NCBI RefSeq assembly: GCF_037042905.1
Contig: NC_087250.1
Location: 11,782,001-11,846,000, forward strand
Origin: Lytechinus pictus
Lineage: Eukaryota
DNA length: 64,000 bases
Reading direction: 5' to 3'
Part shown: positions 53,201 to 61,469 of the stretch, piece by piece
Layout of the letters: every line of letters starts with the position of its first letter
Position numbering within the stretch: the stretch's first letter is position 1
Program-made: the position numbers and the translations under genes
The notes under the pieces: model-generated
The model's database searches: none
What the model saw: the letters and a program-made list of their open reading frames with translations, nothing else
What the model was told of the DNA's origin: nothing

Positions 53201-55717
53201 TTTTCGATATCATCTGGGGCGATTAATATATAACCTTGGCAAGCATGAATTTCCATCTGTTATTAACACTTCATGTATGTTTAAAAAGAACGTCAATGTC
53301 CATCATTACCCTACATGCCCTACACGATCTGCTGGACTTGTTCATTTGTTTGCTAAGATTATATATAAATGGTCCAAGATCATAACGCTAAATGTAAGGT
53401 ATCTCAGGAATACCATGTGTTAAAAAGACATCCGTGTTAAGCTCGATAATCAGAAGAACAAACTTCTCCTTCTACATATAAAAAATGCATTATGTATTAT
53501 ACATAATGCATTTTTTATCTGTAGAAGGAGAGGTTTGTTCATATGATAATCCCGGAATAATCATAGCAAAAACCCCACGCAATTACACCCCTACACGCCC
53601 AATGCAAATGCGAGGTCCCGTATACACAAAAGGTTAAAGATTAATCGTACGCTTGATTTTCAGGAATGATACTAAATTGTAGTCAATGGAATCAATCGTA
53701 GAAAAAATGTTCTCCGATCATTGCTAAGCTTTGTGTTACGGGCCCCCGGAGTTTCAATGTACAGGACGTAGGGTGCTTCTATCTCAGCCCCACCAGAGGG
53801 CCGTTTCATAATAAAAGCTGATCGCGAGTTAGAGCGACTTTATGAACGACTGGTGATCCTTTTTTTTTGGGGGGGGGGGGGTAAATGATATTCCGCAATT
53901 AAAGTTCATTGGTGATTACTAAGCGCGTAAGAACCCGAATATAGGTGAAAGGATCACCAGTCGTTCTTTAAGTCGCTCTTAACTTCCGAACAGCTTCATG
54001 AAACACCCACCTTGACTTTACACAATGTGTACCGTACACCCTTTTCAGCGATTGTGAACTTTTGTCCGTTTTCTTCTTGTTTCTCATATCGTCTTGTGTT
54101 TATTTTGTTTCGTTATTTCTAGATCTTGTAATGTTTCGATAAGTTCTGTCCCTGTAATGTATTATTTCGTGGTATCCCGTTGGTATATCTGGCATATTTT
54201 GTTATCGTTGAGCCTCAGTTGGTTGTTATTTAGGGGAAATTATACGTATTATTATAAGTATGATGAATAAAAATATAATGATTTTATTGACATTTATATT
54301 TCGTATAATATAAAGTTAGATATGAATAAGTTGTATATTAAAGAAATTGGGCATTTCGTAATTATACATAACTTATACCATTTTTATTCAGGAAAACCTT
54401 CATTAACAAGCTCTGGTCACATTTGCTCTTCGGTGGCCGTACGGCGAGTTGAAAACAGCCGTTTTAACATTTTTTGTACCAGCTGCATATAGGTGGTTTG
54501 AATTAAGATTAATAAAACGGCTGTTTTTGACTCGCCGTACGGCCGCCGTAGAGCAAATGTGACCAAGGTATATTTCATTTCGTTTTTTTTTTTTTACTTC
54601 TTATTATTTTTTAACTTTATTGTTGCACTTGACCTAAATAAGATAAGTTCCATCATCAATGAATTGATAATCGAACAATAAAATAATTGTATTAAAAATC
54701 GGCATTATGCATGTCATTCAAGTGTGCAATGAATTCATGCATTTTTATGTCATGAAGATGTTTCGACAAGTGTACAGAAATAAGGCATGCGAATAGATTA
54801 GTATTACGAACCCCTTAGTGTTAAGCTCTTGAATCTTGAATCCCTTGAGCCCAATACTACAGAATAATTGTTGTACCTGTCGACGTACGCCGATTAGAAT
54901 GTCTCAACAAGTGAGGCAATCTGCTCAATCATTGCAAATAATTCAAGGTCTCATAGATTATTTAAACCAACTATTATTCTTACCACATAGTACACTCTGA
55001 ACATGCTGAAAAGGAAGAGTAAAACTTTTACCCAATATTGAATTGAAAGAAAACGAGCATGCTTGCTGTGCGTTCTTTCCCCAATATTGGGCAAAATACA
55101 AGTTAAAAGAGTCGATTTCAACGCATTATTGCGTAAGATTTGCTAAGTATTTGGTATCATTTTACCCAGCAAACATACATGTTCCCATTTTATCCAATAT
55201 TTGGTAAACTTTTTTGGAGTGTAAAAACGCGGTTTAAAATTTTAAGCATGTTGTTTAAGCCCGGCACTCTAACAACAGCAATAAGAATAACGGCAATCTA
55301 GCATCGGACACTTGGCGCCCAATAATAATCTTGATAATAATTCCAACGTATCTTTGTGGGGGCGTCGTGGACTAGTGGTTATGACTCTCGTCTATCAATC
55401 TGAAGGACGTGGGTTCGATTCCAAGTCATGGCCGGCGTGCTTTCCTTCCGCAAGAAATTTAACCACATTTTGCTCTTCTTAACACAGGTGAGGTGAATGG
55501 GTACTGTTATTATTTCTGTTCATTGTTCAATCACATAGGCCTACAGCTGAATCTGTTAATCCGAAAAAAATGCGAAAATAAATAAGTAAATAGATTACCT
55601 TACCTGAGCAATTTGATAATGATGCGACTGATGGAAGAAGGCAATTTTGACAGGGAAACCCTTGCGAATTCCATGATTTCTTGGGACGAATCCGATGAAT
55701 CCTATCTTCTTATTCAT
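10937..55717 (-). CDS. Spliced host gene (10 exons, 555 aa): N-terminal UPA-like module, ZU5, UPA, Pro/Glu linker, C-terminal death domain (UNC5/PIDD/DTHD1-like cytoplasmic protein)
   Basis: Exons 55717-55604, 51673-51548, 42289-42115, 40365-40219, 34961-34752, 34051-33822, 32711-32583, 25312-25159, 12808-12736 and 11246-10937 all have AG/GT boundaries and matching phases (0,0,1,1,1,0,0,1,2). They sum to 1668 nt with no internal stop. ZU5-like motifs: IGKEG..L.....GISIEV and ICPTVNVGG.FEGSPVEMILSHCA. Confidence 0.8.
12736..12808 (-). CDS. Exon 9, Pro/Glu-rich linker (APEPEPVPEIEPEPEEPLPPTEPIR)
   Basis: ttttaaaacag| acceptor, CAG|GTGATG donor, 73 nt, phase 1-2; exactly bridges the phases of exons 8 and 10. 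Confidence 0.8.
12884..13042. mobile_element. MITE (PIF/Harbinger-like ends); inverted copy at 59663-59821
   Basis: GGGGGGCGTTTCAT...ATGAAACACTCCCC; two copies in the window. Confidence 0.7.
13062..13388. mobile_element. MITE
   Basis: TAGGGCGATTCCAT ... ATGGAATCGCCCTA terminal inverted repeat. Confidence 0.6.
13430..13541 (-). mobile_element. tRNA-derived SINE head fragment
   Basis: TTGCCGAGTGGTCTAAGGC A-box, GGTTTGATCCC B-box. Confidence 0.6.
14134..14398. mobile_element. hAT-type MITE
   Basis: CA(A/T)GGGCGGAAAT TIR; perfect 8-bp TSD GACGTGGG (14126-14133/14399-14406). Confidence 0.85.
14563..14959. mobile_element. Harbinger-like MITE with a duplicated left end
   Basis: ACCGTGTTTACACTTA twice at left; TAAGTGTAAACACGGT at right; internal AATCGGC/GCCGATT repeats. 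Confidence 0.7.
16440..16893. mobile_element. Very young MITE with TAG ends and 8-bp TSD (hAT-like)
   Basis: Perfect 117-bp TIRs (16440-16556/16777-16893); TSD CGAATGGC on both sides. Confidence 0.9.
17558..17975. mobile_element. CCCGGGG-ended MITE containing a hAT-like end (CAGGGGCGGATCCAGG at ~17677)
   Basis: GCCGGGGGGAAGGTACT ... GAGTCCCCCCCCCCGGGC. Confidence 0.45.
19966..20096. mobile_element. Small hAT-like MITE
   Basis: CAGGGATG ... CATCCCTG. Confidence 0.45.
21543..22508. mobile_element. Palindromic non-autonomous element, Crypton-like
   Basis: ~400-bp inverted arms; subterminal hairpin CCCGAGGGGCGAAGCCCCGAGGG; ends AAA(G/C)AAATATATC / GATATATTTGTTTAA. Confidence 0.6.
22760..23695. 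mobile_element. Kolobok-like non-autonomous element; diverged copy at 40654-41543
   Basis: ttaa|GGACGTTCCACAGTTA ... TAACTGTGGAACGTCC|ttaa. Confidence 0.8.
23930..24747. mobile_element. Harbinger-like MITE
   Basis: GG(G/C)TGCGTTTAT TIR; AATCATGATT subterminal repeats. Confidence 0.7.
25159..25312 (-). CDS. Exon 8, UPA end (ILETKTLEIISYECLDFELD...EIEIQGTLT)
   Basis: ttttattgcag| acceptor, CAG|GTAATT donor, 154 nt, phase 0-1. Confidence 0.8.
26417..26851. mobile_element. Palindromic MITE
   Basis: GGCCCGAATTCACAAAGGTGGTTTTGAAAACCCACGG with ~190-bp near-perfect inverted arms. Confidence 0.85.
27303..28432 (+). repeat. Tandem duplications upstream of the LINE ORF: a 150-bp unit x2 (27303-27601) and a ~270-bp unit x2.6 (27730-28432)
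   Basis: Visible direct repeats; the first pair is essentially identical. Confidence 0.85.
28791..29747 (+). CDS. LINE ORF2 N-terminal part: PHD finger and apurinic endonuclease (ends at frameshift)
   Basis: C4HC3 pattern CALC...CTSCDKWVHISC...WECPRC; LALNETRLD, WYRPPN, MGDINLD, SDH. Confidence 0.9.
   Translation: MVVQYPCALCKLAVKRNHKGLLCTSCDKWVHISCAGVPLNLYNNVSHHFNNWECPRCIMQNLPFFDFDIDVTGKANDVHGKHGSAQCNDSLTCDFIYSCLSGKGIKFTQLNVVSLYKHIDEIRTILSCNDIHLLALNETRLDASITDNEIEVSHYNIVRKDRNRLGGGVSFYIHESVKFSIIEDSPMSDFEAIPVVINIKNSKPIMLLNWYRPPNSESDILNHYENFSEYSETLDCHLIIMGDINLDILKEVDDCTTRRYKQINNVFSLSFVNTTECTRVTSQSASLIDHMLTNNSSMIKSSGVIHNGVSDHSMSYLV
29744..31891 (+). CDS. LINE ORF2 C-terminal part: reverse transcriptase
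   Basis: 715-codon open frame with DLQKAFD, GVPQGSILGPLLF and YADDT. Confidence 0.93.
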   Translation: MRSHHTHSGVKYCTYRKLKDVDINKYKSDLTQQNWIEVESENDIDKATDKFEKMFLEVVNTHMPLKTKRVRKMQSPWINESIFQAMKKRDMAKTKAIKTKNENFWKDYRVLKNKVSSLIKKAKKDYYTEQLTKDKNSNNSWKTLSSLLPKNISSSPPQSSQSQTMANQFNQYFANIGNLLNLASATEKDLVHDENVTGMAVEHPLKLCTVSQNDILKEVLQQKNKKSVGLDGIPIHILKMSINEIIRPVSYLMNESIVQGVFPKKWKIAKVIPLHKKGDRSNPNNYRPISILSCLSKVLERLIHKQLVQHLNCNNIITLDQSGFRPKHSTSTALIKVTDDWLIDLDDGKYTGAVFIDLQKAFDMVNIQCLLEKLKRAGIKETNLNWFHSYLSDRKIVTCIHNCNSEELPIKQGVPQGSILGPLLFIIFINDLPTIFKSCNIHLYADDTVIYFSHKDPHVVQSTLNRELLILDRWMDMNRLKINYDKTMCMLFGNRHMLKKHNGLDLRIDGHTIKQVSSLKYLGVYIDSELKWDVHVNHLSEKVGRMISFLRRLSKFINRNSLKIIYQSVILPNLDYADVIWQSSYDKYTDQLQKLQNRAGRIILNYNNRSHVSIDSIHEIMEWQTLKSRQNFHIQTMMFKILHDLAPKYLTKYIFYTSRPYHFRKNNLCLPKPRTNYCKRTFFYRGTKLFNSIPNNIRNCMTLNSFRSALSHLRH
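32583..32711 (-). CDS. Exon 7, UPA (RLCDEWKAKD...FTQELSS)
   Basis: tctcttttcag| acceptor, TCG|GTAGGA donor, 129 nt, phase 0-0. Confidence 0.8.
32882..33038. mobile_element. MITE; related element at ~53613-53746
   Basis: GGGTCCCGTAACACAAA ... TTTGTGTTACGGAGCC. Confidence 0.6.
33822..34051 (-). CDS. Exon 6, ZU5 end / UPA start
   Basis: cctaacag| acceptor, CAG|GTGAAC donor, 230 nt, phase 1-0; lies within ORF 33783..34073. Confidence 0.85.
34112..34192. repeat. Perfect 37-bp hairpin with a 7-nt loop
   Basis: CATACAGGAAATAAGGTGCTAAAGCCAAATAAAGTGC and its exact reverse complement. Confidence 0.9.
34466..34703. mobile_element. CACTG-type MITE (2-bp TSD AC)
   Basis: (T)ACTGCAAAAACTCTGGTGTTGATTTAACACCAGCCCG TIR; second copy at 35395-39163. 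Confidence 0.75.
34752..34961 (-). CDS. Exon 5, ZU5 core (GISSADL...ICPTVNVGGNFEGSPVEMILSHCAE...)
   Basis: ttctttaaag| acceptor, AAG|GTACGA donor, 210 nt, phase 1-1; P-V..G...F..PV...L.HCA ZU5 signature. Confidence 0.85.
35079..35343. mobile_element. MITE
   Basis: GGGCCCCGTCTTACA ... TGTAAGACGGCTCCC. Confidence 0.6.
35395..39163. mobile_element. CACTG-type MITE (TSD CA) split by an Academ-type element
   Basis: ca|CACTG ... CAGTG|ca; matches 34466-34703 once 35588-39113 is removed. Confidence 0.8.
35588..39113. mobile_element. Academ-type foldback element
   Basis: TAGACGGGTCAATAT TIR; TSD TAT (35585-87/39114-16); arms of ~180-bp tandem units in opposite orientations. Confidence 0.85.
39166..39390 (+). 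mobile_element. L2-like LINE 3' end fragment
   Basis: VPSIWNSLPVNIRSCSSLRVFKNNLK; TAAAGCGCTTTGAG...GCTATATAAAT tail. Confidence 0.65.
39704..39935. mobile_element. CACT-ended palindromic MITE
   Basis: CACTCTAAAT...CAGATCGGCTGTGAATAG and its reverse complement. Confidence 0.7.
40219..40365 (-). CDS. Exon 4, ZU5 N-terminal part (TVQVDFEEPTAYQTIGKEGISYGLYENRQMGISIEVRLTDPSEDHGIK)
   Basis: tcttttaag| acceptor, AGA|GTAAGT donor, 147 nt, phase 1-1. Confidence 0.8.
40654..41543. mobile_element. Kolobok-like non-autonomous element
   Basis: ttaa|GGACGTTCCA ... TGGAATGTCC|ttaa; homologous to 22760-23695. Confidence 0.75.
42115..42289 (-). CDS. Exon 3 (VITKVEMKCLMHYIVFFLKDY...FCIVRGR)
   Basis: ctcgcag| acceptor, GAG|GTAAAG donor, 175 nt, phase 0-1. 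Confidence 0.65.
43892..47230. mobile_element. Academ-type foldback element with ~1.3-kb arms
   Basis: TAGTCCGGGTTATAATTGAGCAAG TIR; TSD ATT (43889-91/47231-33). Confidence 0.9.
45293..45817. mobile_element. MITE, possibly Sola1-like
   Basis: GAAGAG....TTGCAAAAGGGGTTAGG TIR; flanks ATTT/ATAT (AWWT); a third TIR copy at ~45588. Confidence 0.55.
47950..49230. repeat. Orphan right arm of the 35588-39113 Academ family
   Basis: Same ~180-bp units and the same AATAACCACTTTCCCG...TTCCTGAG.TCAAATAGTAC block as 38960-39040. Confidence 0.75.
51548..51673 (-). CDS. Exon 2 (IIAEHERWVGYEPNTRAISVMLDTDSDVILETSSRKGVTQKR)
   Basis: acgcag| acceptor, AGG|GTAAGA donor, 126 nt, phase 0-0, open frame. Confidence 0.7.
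51785..52162 (-). mobile_element. Full-length tRNA-derived SINE with an L2-like tail
   Basis: GTGGAGTAGTGG A-box, GTTCAAATCC B-box, GTAAAGCGCTTAGA...AAGCGCTATATAAA and a (TAT)n tail. Confidence 0.8.
52620..52730 (+). pseudogene. Degenerate LINE RT fragment
   Basis: CGVP*G*ILGPLLFLVYLNDL. Confidence 0.6.
54411..54569. mobile_element. Palindromic MITE (Harbinger-like)
   Basis: GGTCACATTTGCTCT...GGCCGTACGGCGAGT and its reverse complement. Confidence 0.7.
55357..55505 (+). mobile_element. tRNA-derived SINE (3'-truncated)
   Basis: GTGGACTAGTGG A-box, GGTTCGATTCC B-box; same family as 14085. Confidence 0.7.
55604..55717 (-). CDS. Exon 1 (MNKKIGFIGFVPRNHGIRKGFPVKIAFFHQSHHYQIAQ), start of UPA-like module
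   Basis: ATG with in-frame stops upstream; donor CAG|GTAAGG, phase 0; resembles the 3' half of exon 6 (GKRVAMLAFLP...IIHLQFYFP). Confidence 0.65.
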
Positions 55718-56422
55718 GTTACTAGATTATCAAATGCTGACCGATTATCGAATACTTTCGACAACAATTACAATTGCGAAAACGTCCAAGGAGATTTCCA
55801 CTCTTTTGTATTCGACTATCAATGCCACTGGTGCTTCAGACAAACGTTGCTAAGTTGATTGTCCCTATTTGGCTTTACAAAAAAAAACTCTCAAGCTACA
55901 ATCACAGCTGAATTATCATAAATGATCTTGTGAGCGGTACGATACGTCCATGACACGTGCGTTCGATTCGCTCACACACTTAAATTTTACATGCGATCGA
56001 ATTCAACCAACTGAACAAAACAATATTTGCGGAAACATTGTAGGACACACTTAAAGGTACACGTATTTTGACTCCCGTTCACTCACGTGTTAAATCCCAG
56101 CTCATTAAAATTTCAATAAAAATTAATTCATTCTCATATTTCGTTTTAAATTACTTAGATGAATGACGATATACAGTACAACAAAAACAGTACGCTAATC
56201 AGGTACTTGTCTAGCTGGAATATAAATCATATGACCTGAAAAAATATAATTTCGATCAGTTAATTATTTTTTTTTTGCAATTTTGCTAAAGTTCTATGCT
56301 CCTTAAAATGGTGATTTATAAAAGACACACAAATGAATCATAAGTGAGGAAGAAATTATCATACGCCTGATCGATCGGTTCCTCTTGTTTCTACATACTA
56401 TGGTATTGGATTTTCCCCCTAC

Positions 56423-59165
56423 TAGTCCAGGATAGAAGAGGCATAACCTTGTTTTTTTATATATACAATATTTTTTTATGGTTTCTCGTCAATTCGAGGA
56501 AGCTGATTACGAATCTGAATGATGCCACTCGTGTAACCTTGAGCATTTTCCGCAAATTGGCAAATCCAATATGGCCGCCAAAATATGCAAATTACCCATG
56601 AAAATCATAAAATTTTCCGCACACTGGCTATGAAATGCATGAAATTGTTTGGCAGGAGTGAAATACTCTCTGAAAAAATAATTTTTGACAAAATATTTTT
56701 TTTCCTGATTTTCAAAATGGCCGCCATAGGCCCTTGTATACTCTATTATGTACAATATGAATAGGGAAAACTAATTTTCACAAAAATGAGCACCAAACTG
56801 CAAAAAATTGCGATGTATGAACGAAGTAATATATGCAAATCTTCATTACTAACGAGATATATCATTTATTATGTCATATATAGGAACATTGCTGTATTTT
56901 GATATGTAAAATAGCCGCCACTGGCCCAAACAGTATTGCGTACAATGGCAATTGGGGCCAAAAAAATCACAAGAGTGATCACTAAAATGCATATCATTAA
57001 GATTAAACGAGTGGAATACTGACTAAAAACATAATTGTTAACGAAATATATTATAAATATCCCATGTATGTGATGAATGTTGTATTTTGATATTCAAAAT
57101 GGCTGCCAGGGGCCCTAAAAGTGCTATGCACAATGAGAAAGAGGAGCAAAGAAATCACAAGAGTGAGCACCAAAATGCATATACATGTGATAAATTAATG
57201 GGATACTGTTTAAAAACGTATTTTCTAACGAAATATATCATTCAGGTTTCAAGTTTGTGTTAAATACTGTATTTTGACTTTCAAAATGGCCGCCATAGAC
57301 ATTAACAGTATTATGTACAATGCAAAGTGGGAAACCAATATTCACAGGAGTGAGCACCATAAATGCACGTAATAGTGATCTATGAGTAAAATATTGTCTG
57401 AAAGCATAATTTCTATTAAGATATATAATTCATTCTGCCAGTTAGGTGATAAATACTGTTATTGGAAAGACAAAATGGCCGCTACAGGCCCTTACGGTAT
57501 TATGCACAATGTGAATTGGAATAAATCATTTCAACAGAATTTGGCTTTGCTTGGCCAAATGGTGATGTATGAGTGAAATATAGTCTGAAAACATGATTTA
57601 TAACATATCATATCTTATATAATTTAGGTGATAAATACTGTATTTCAACATTCAAAATGACTGCCATAGGCCCTTTTTGTGAACATTATTTGTCTCCACT
57701 CAAATTGTGTATTATACGATAAGGGCCTATGGTGGCAATTTTCAATTTAAAAATGCAACATTTATCACCTTAATTACACAACATTATGATATATCTAGTT
57801 AGAAACCATGGTTTTAGACAATATTTCACCCTTACATCACACCTCACAATTATATGCAATATTTAGAGTCAAGCATAGCCAAATTCCGTCAAAATTATAT
57901 GTTCCATGTTACAGTACATAATATTTTTAGGACCTATGGCAGCCATTTTTTTATTTCAAAGTACAGCATTTATTACTTCCACGACCAATATGTGATGTAT
58001 TTAGTTAGAAATCATGTTTAAGACAATATTTTTACTCGTACATCACAGTTATATGCATTTTATGATTCTCACTCTTGTGAAAATTAGTTTCCCTATTCGC
58101 ATGTTACATAATTTAGTTAGGGTTTGTAGAGGTTATTTTGAATGTCAAAATACAGTATTATCACCTATATGGCAGAAGAAATGCTATAATTAAAACATAT
58201 GTGTTTTCAAATAACATTTTACTCATACAACAGGATTATATGGATGTCATAGTCAAGCAAATCCAAATTCTTACAAAATTATATGTCCCCATTCACATTG
58301 TAGATAATACTGTTAGGACCTTAAGGGACCATTTTGAATTTCATAATACAGCATTTATCTCATGCATGACAAAATAAATGATATGTCTTGCTATAAAACA
58401 TGTTGTCAGACAATATTTTACTCGTAGATTACAATTACATGCATTTTATGTTTATTACTCGTGTGAAAATTAGTTTCTCCATTCGCATTGTACATGATAA
58501 ATATAGGGCCTATGGCGGCCATTTTGAATTTCAAAATACAGCATTTATCACATAAATGGCATATTAACAATGATGTTTCTAGTCAGTAGTCCACTCGTTT
58601 ATCCTAATAATATGCATTTTAGTGATCACTCTTGTCATTTTTTTGGCCCCGGCCATAGCCTTTGTACATAATACTATTTTGGCCAGTGGCGGCTATTTTA
58701 CATATCAAAATACAGCAATGTTTCCATATATGACATAATAAATGATATATCTCGTTAGTAATGATGATTTGCATATATCACTTCGTTCATACATCGATTT
58801 TTTGCAGTTTAGTGATCATTTTTGTACATAATAGAGTATACAATTGCCTATGGCGGCCATTTTGAATATCAGGAAAATAAATGTTTTGTCAAAAATCATT
58901 TTTTCAGAGAGTATTTCACTCCTGCCACATGATTTCATGCATTTCATAGCCAATGTGCGGACAATTTTATGATTTCCTTGGGTAATGTGCATATTTTGGC
59001 GGCCATATTGGATTTTGCCAATTTGCGGAAAATGCTCAAGGTTACACGAGTGCCATCATCCAGATTCGTAATCAGCACCCTCGAATCGACAAGAAACCAT
59101 CAAAAAATATTGTATATATAAAAAAACAAGGTTTGGTCAAGTTTCTATGGGCCTATCCTGGACTA
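56423..59165. mobile_element. Academ-type foldback element
   Basis: TAGTCCAGGATAG TIR; TSD TAC (56420-22/59166-68); long inverted arms of tandem units with AAAATGGCCGCC. Confidence 0.9.
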
Positions 59166-59199
59166 TACTCCATGAGCTTGAGTGACTACGAACACTCTG

Positions 59200-59510
59200 G
59201 CCTGTATTCTGATAGCAGGTTTAACTTAAACTCAGGTTTAAAGTTGTGGTTTAAGTATGGATAGCCAATTGTTACATAAATCACTAACAGTAGATATTTC
59301 GTACTTCAGCTCATTTGGCTCTCAAATCATTCATAATTGTCTAGGAAGTATAAAATAGATGATTGTCCTCACCATCGATGAATCAGGAAAATGCACAGTT
59401 AACATAAGAAACAAACAACTTAATAACAATTTCGATACTTTTGGCTTCCCATACTTAAACCACAACTTTGAACCTGAGTTTAAGTTAAACCTGCTATCAG
59501 AATACGGGCC
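59200..59510. mobile_element. Palindromic-ended MITE
   Basis: GGCC(T/C)GTATTCTGATAGCAGGTTTAACTTAAACTCAGG, ~60-bp TIR. Confidence 0.8.
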
Positions 59511-59577
59511 TCTGTGTTTATCTTTCATAAGAATCATGTGAAAATGATATGAAATATGTTTTATGGTCCGCCATGTC

Positions 59578-59662
59578 CGGGGGGGGGTAGATGTCCTAGG
59601 GGGTACTTGTCCTAGGGGGTACCTGTCATAAGGGGGTGGATGTCCAGGGAGGTAGATGTTCT
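59578..59662 (+). repeat. Short tandem repeat GGGGGTA.(A/T)TGTCCTA
   Basis: About five copies of a 15-17-bp unit. Confidence 0.6.
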
Positions 59663-60065
59663 GGGGAGCGTTTCATCAATATTTTTATCCGACAAGTTGT
59701 CAAATCTGACATCTTTCCATGATTTTGATTGGCTGAGAGGCACTTTTCCTATGGTAACTGTCGGATGAAATGGGACTTGTCGGATAAAACGACCGACAAG
59801 TCCTTTCATGAAACGCCCCCCAGATACGGGTGGATAGAGCTAAAGCGCCCTCTTTGGAGGAAAAAAGGTTCTCCAAAAGGTCAAGCACGCACAAAGTTCC
59901 TTACTTTTGCTATTGCGCATACGCGTGTGTGTGGGTATGGCCCCATACACTGTTAATTGTGTACTTGAGTACTTTTCCATTGCTCCAAGGTCATGAGTGA
60001 GGCAATGCACAACTAGTTCCATCCAGATGATGAACATTGATGGAGCGTGGGGGACGGGAAGGTCA

Positions 60066-60940
60066 TAGTAGGGGAGAAATAGGGTTCCCATGCACCATAT
60101 TAATATATTTTTTAACCTACATTTTTGTAATCCGTTAGATGTTTGGTGAATGAATTTTGATGTTCCCAAAACGAAATATTGTCCCATGGGGTTCAAATCC
60201 AAGATGGCGTCCAAAATTGCCGCCATATTCATAGAATTAGGATTTTCGTACATAGATTCCGACACAATCATTCATTTGCCACAAAATTAGTGTCATATGA
60301 AAGATGAATAAATTTTCTACAAGTTGATACTATTCATAGGTGGTGAAAAGGTAATTCAGGTGAGATTTCAATGAGAAAAGTGCAATTTTGAGATTTTTTC
60401 CCCAAAATTGAAAATTTGCGAAATAATAAATTCAGCACATTTTCCTTCTATCAAAGCAAATGAAGATACTTATGGTGGTATGAAGCCTGCCAATATTCTC
60501 GTTGATACATCCTCTTTCATATCGAATGTTGACATTGTGCATTTATAACTAACATTCATAATATTTCTAGAAAGTTTCAAGGCAATCCCCTTATTTTCAT
60601 TAGATTTATGGTAAATCACGTATTTCGCAAATTTTCAATTTTTGGGAAAAATATCAAAATTGCGTATTTCTCATTAAAATCTTAGCCGAATTACCTTTTC
60701 ATCACCTATGAATAGTATCAACTTGTGGAAAATTTATTCATCTTCTATATTACACTAATTTTGTGGCAAATGAATGTTTGTGTCGGAATCTATGTAAGAA
60801 AATCAAAATTCCATGAATATGGCGGCCATTTTGGACGCCATCTTGGATTTGAACCCCATGGGACAATATTTCGTTTTTGGAACATCACAATTCATTCACT
60901 AGACATCTTAAGAATTACAAAAATGTAGGTTAAAAAAATA
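60066..60940. mobile_element. Academ-type foldback element with its right terminus lost; related to the 43892-47230 family
   Basis: Starts TAGT; ~330-bp inverted arms; shares TTTTCGTACATAGATT...GCCACAAAATTAGTGTCAT with 44070-44125. Confidence 0.6.
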
Positions 60941-60947
60941 CGCATAC

Positions 60948-61314
60948 ATTCGTAATTCCGAAGCTTCGTTATTCCGAAGGTTCGGATATTCCGAAGGTTC
61001 GTTATTCCGAAGGTTCGTATTTCCGAAGGTTCGTAAGTCCGAAAACGAAATGAGGTTCGTAATTCCAAAGGTTCGGTAGTCCGAAAACGAAGTGAGGTTC
61101 GTAATTCCGAAGGTTCGTTAATCCGAAAACGAAATGAGGTTCGTAATTCCGAAGGTTCGTTAGTCCGAAAACGTAATGATTAACGAACCTAATTTCGTTT
61201 TCGGACTAACGAACCTTCGGAACAACGAACCTTAGTTCGTTTTCGGATTAACGAACCTTCGGAACAACGAACCTTATTTCGTTTTTGGACAAACGAACCT
61301 TCGGAACATTTATC
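60948..61314. repeat. Inverted array of TTCCGAAGGTTCG units (MITE-like)
   Basis: 16-17-bp units, then ~43-bp higher-order units; polarity flips at ~61180. Confidence 0.75.
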
Positions 61315-61469
61315 CATTACGTCCATAGCTTATTAGAAAAGAAGTGACGTCATTTTTTCAAAAATAGTGGTAAATCAGCGCTTTGAATGATCGTATTGAT
61401 TTTAGCGTCCAATAAGCTCGGAATCCGAATGAGCAAAGCGCTCGGTTGGCGGGGGGGGGGATTCGTTGT

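Noticed and set aside
55613..55858. Plus-strand 81-aa ORF
   Set aside because: Antisense shadow of exon 1
60948..61314. CRISPR-like look of the regularly spaced repeat array
   Set aside because: No unique spacers, polarity inverts, eukaryotic context, no cas genes
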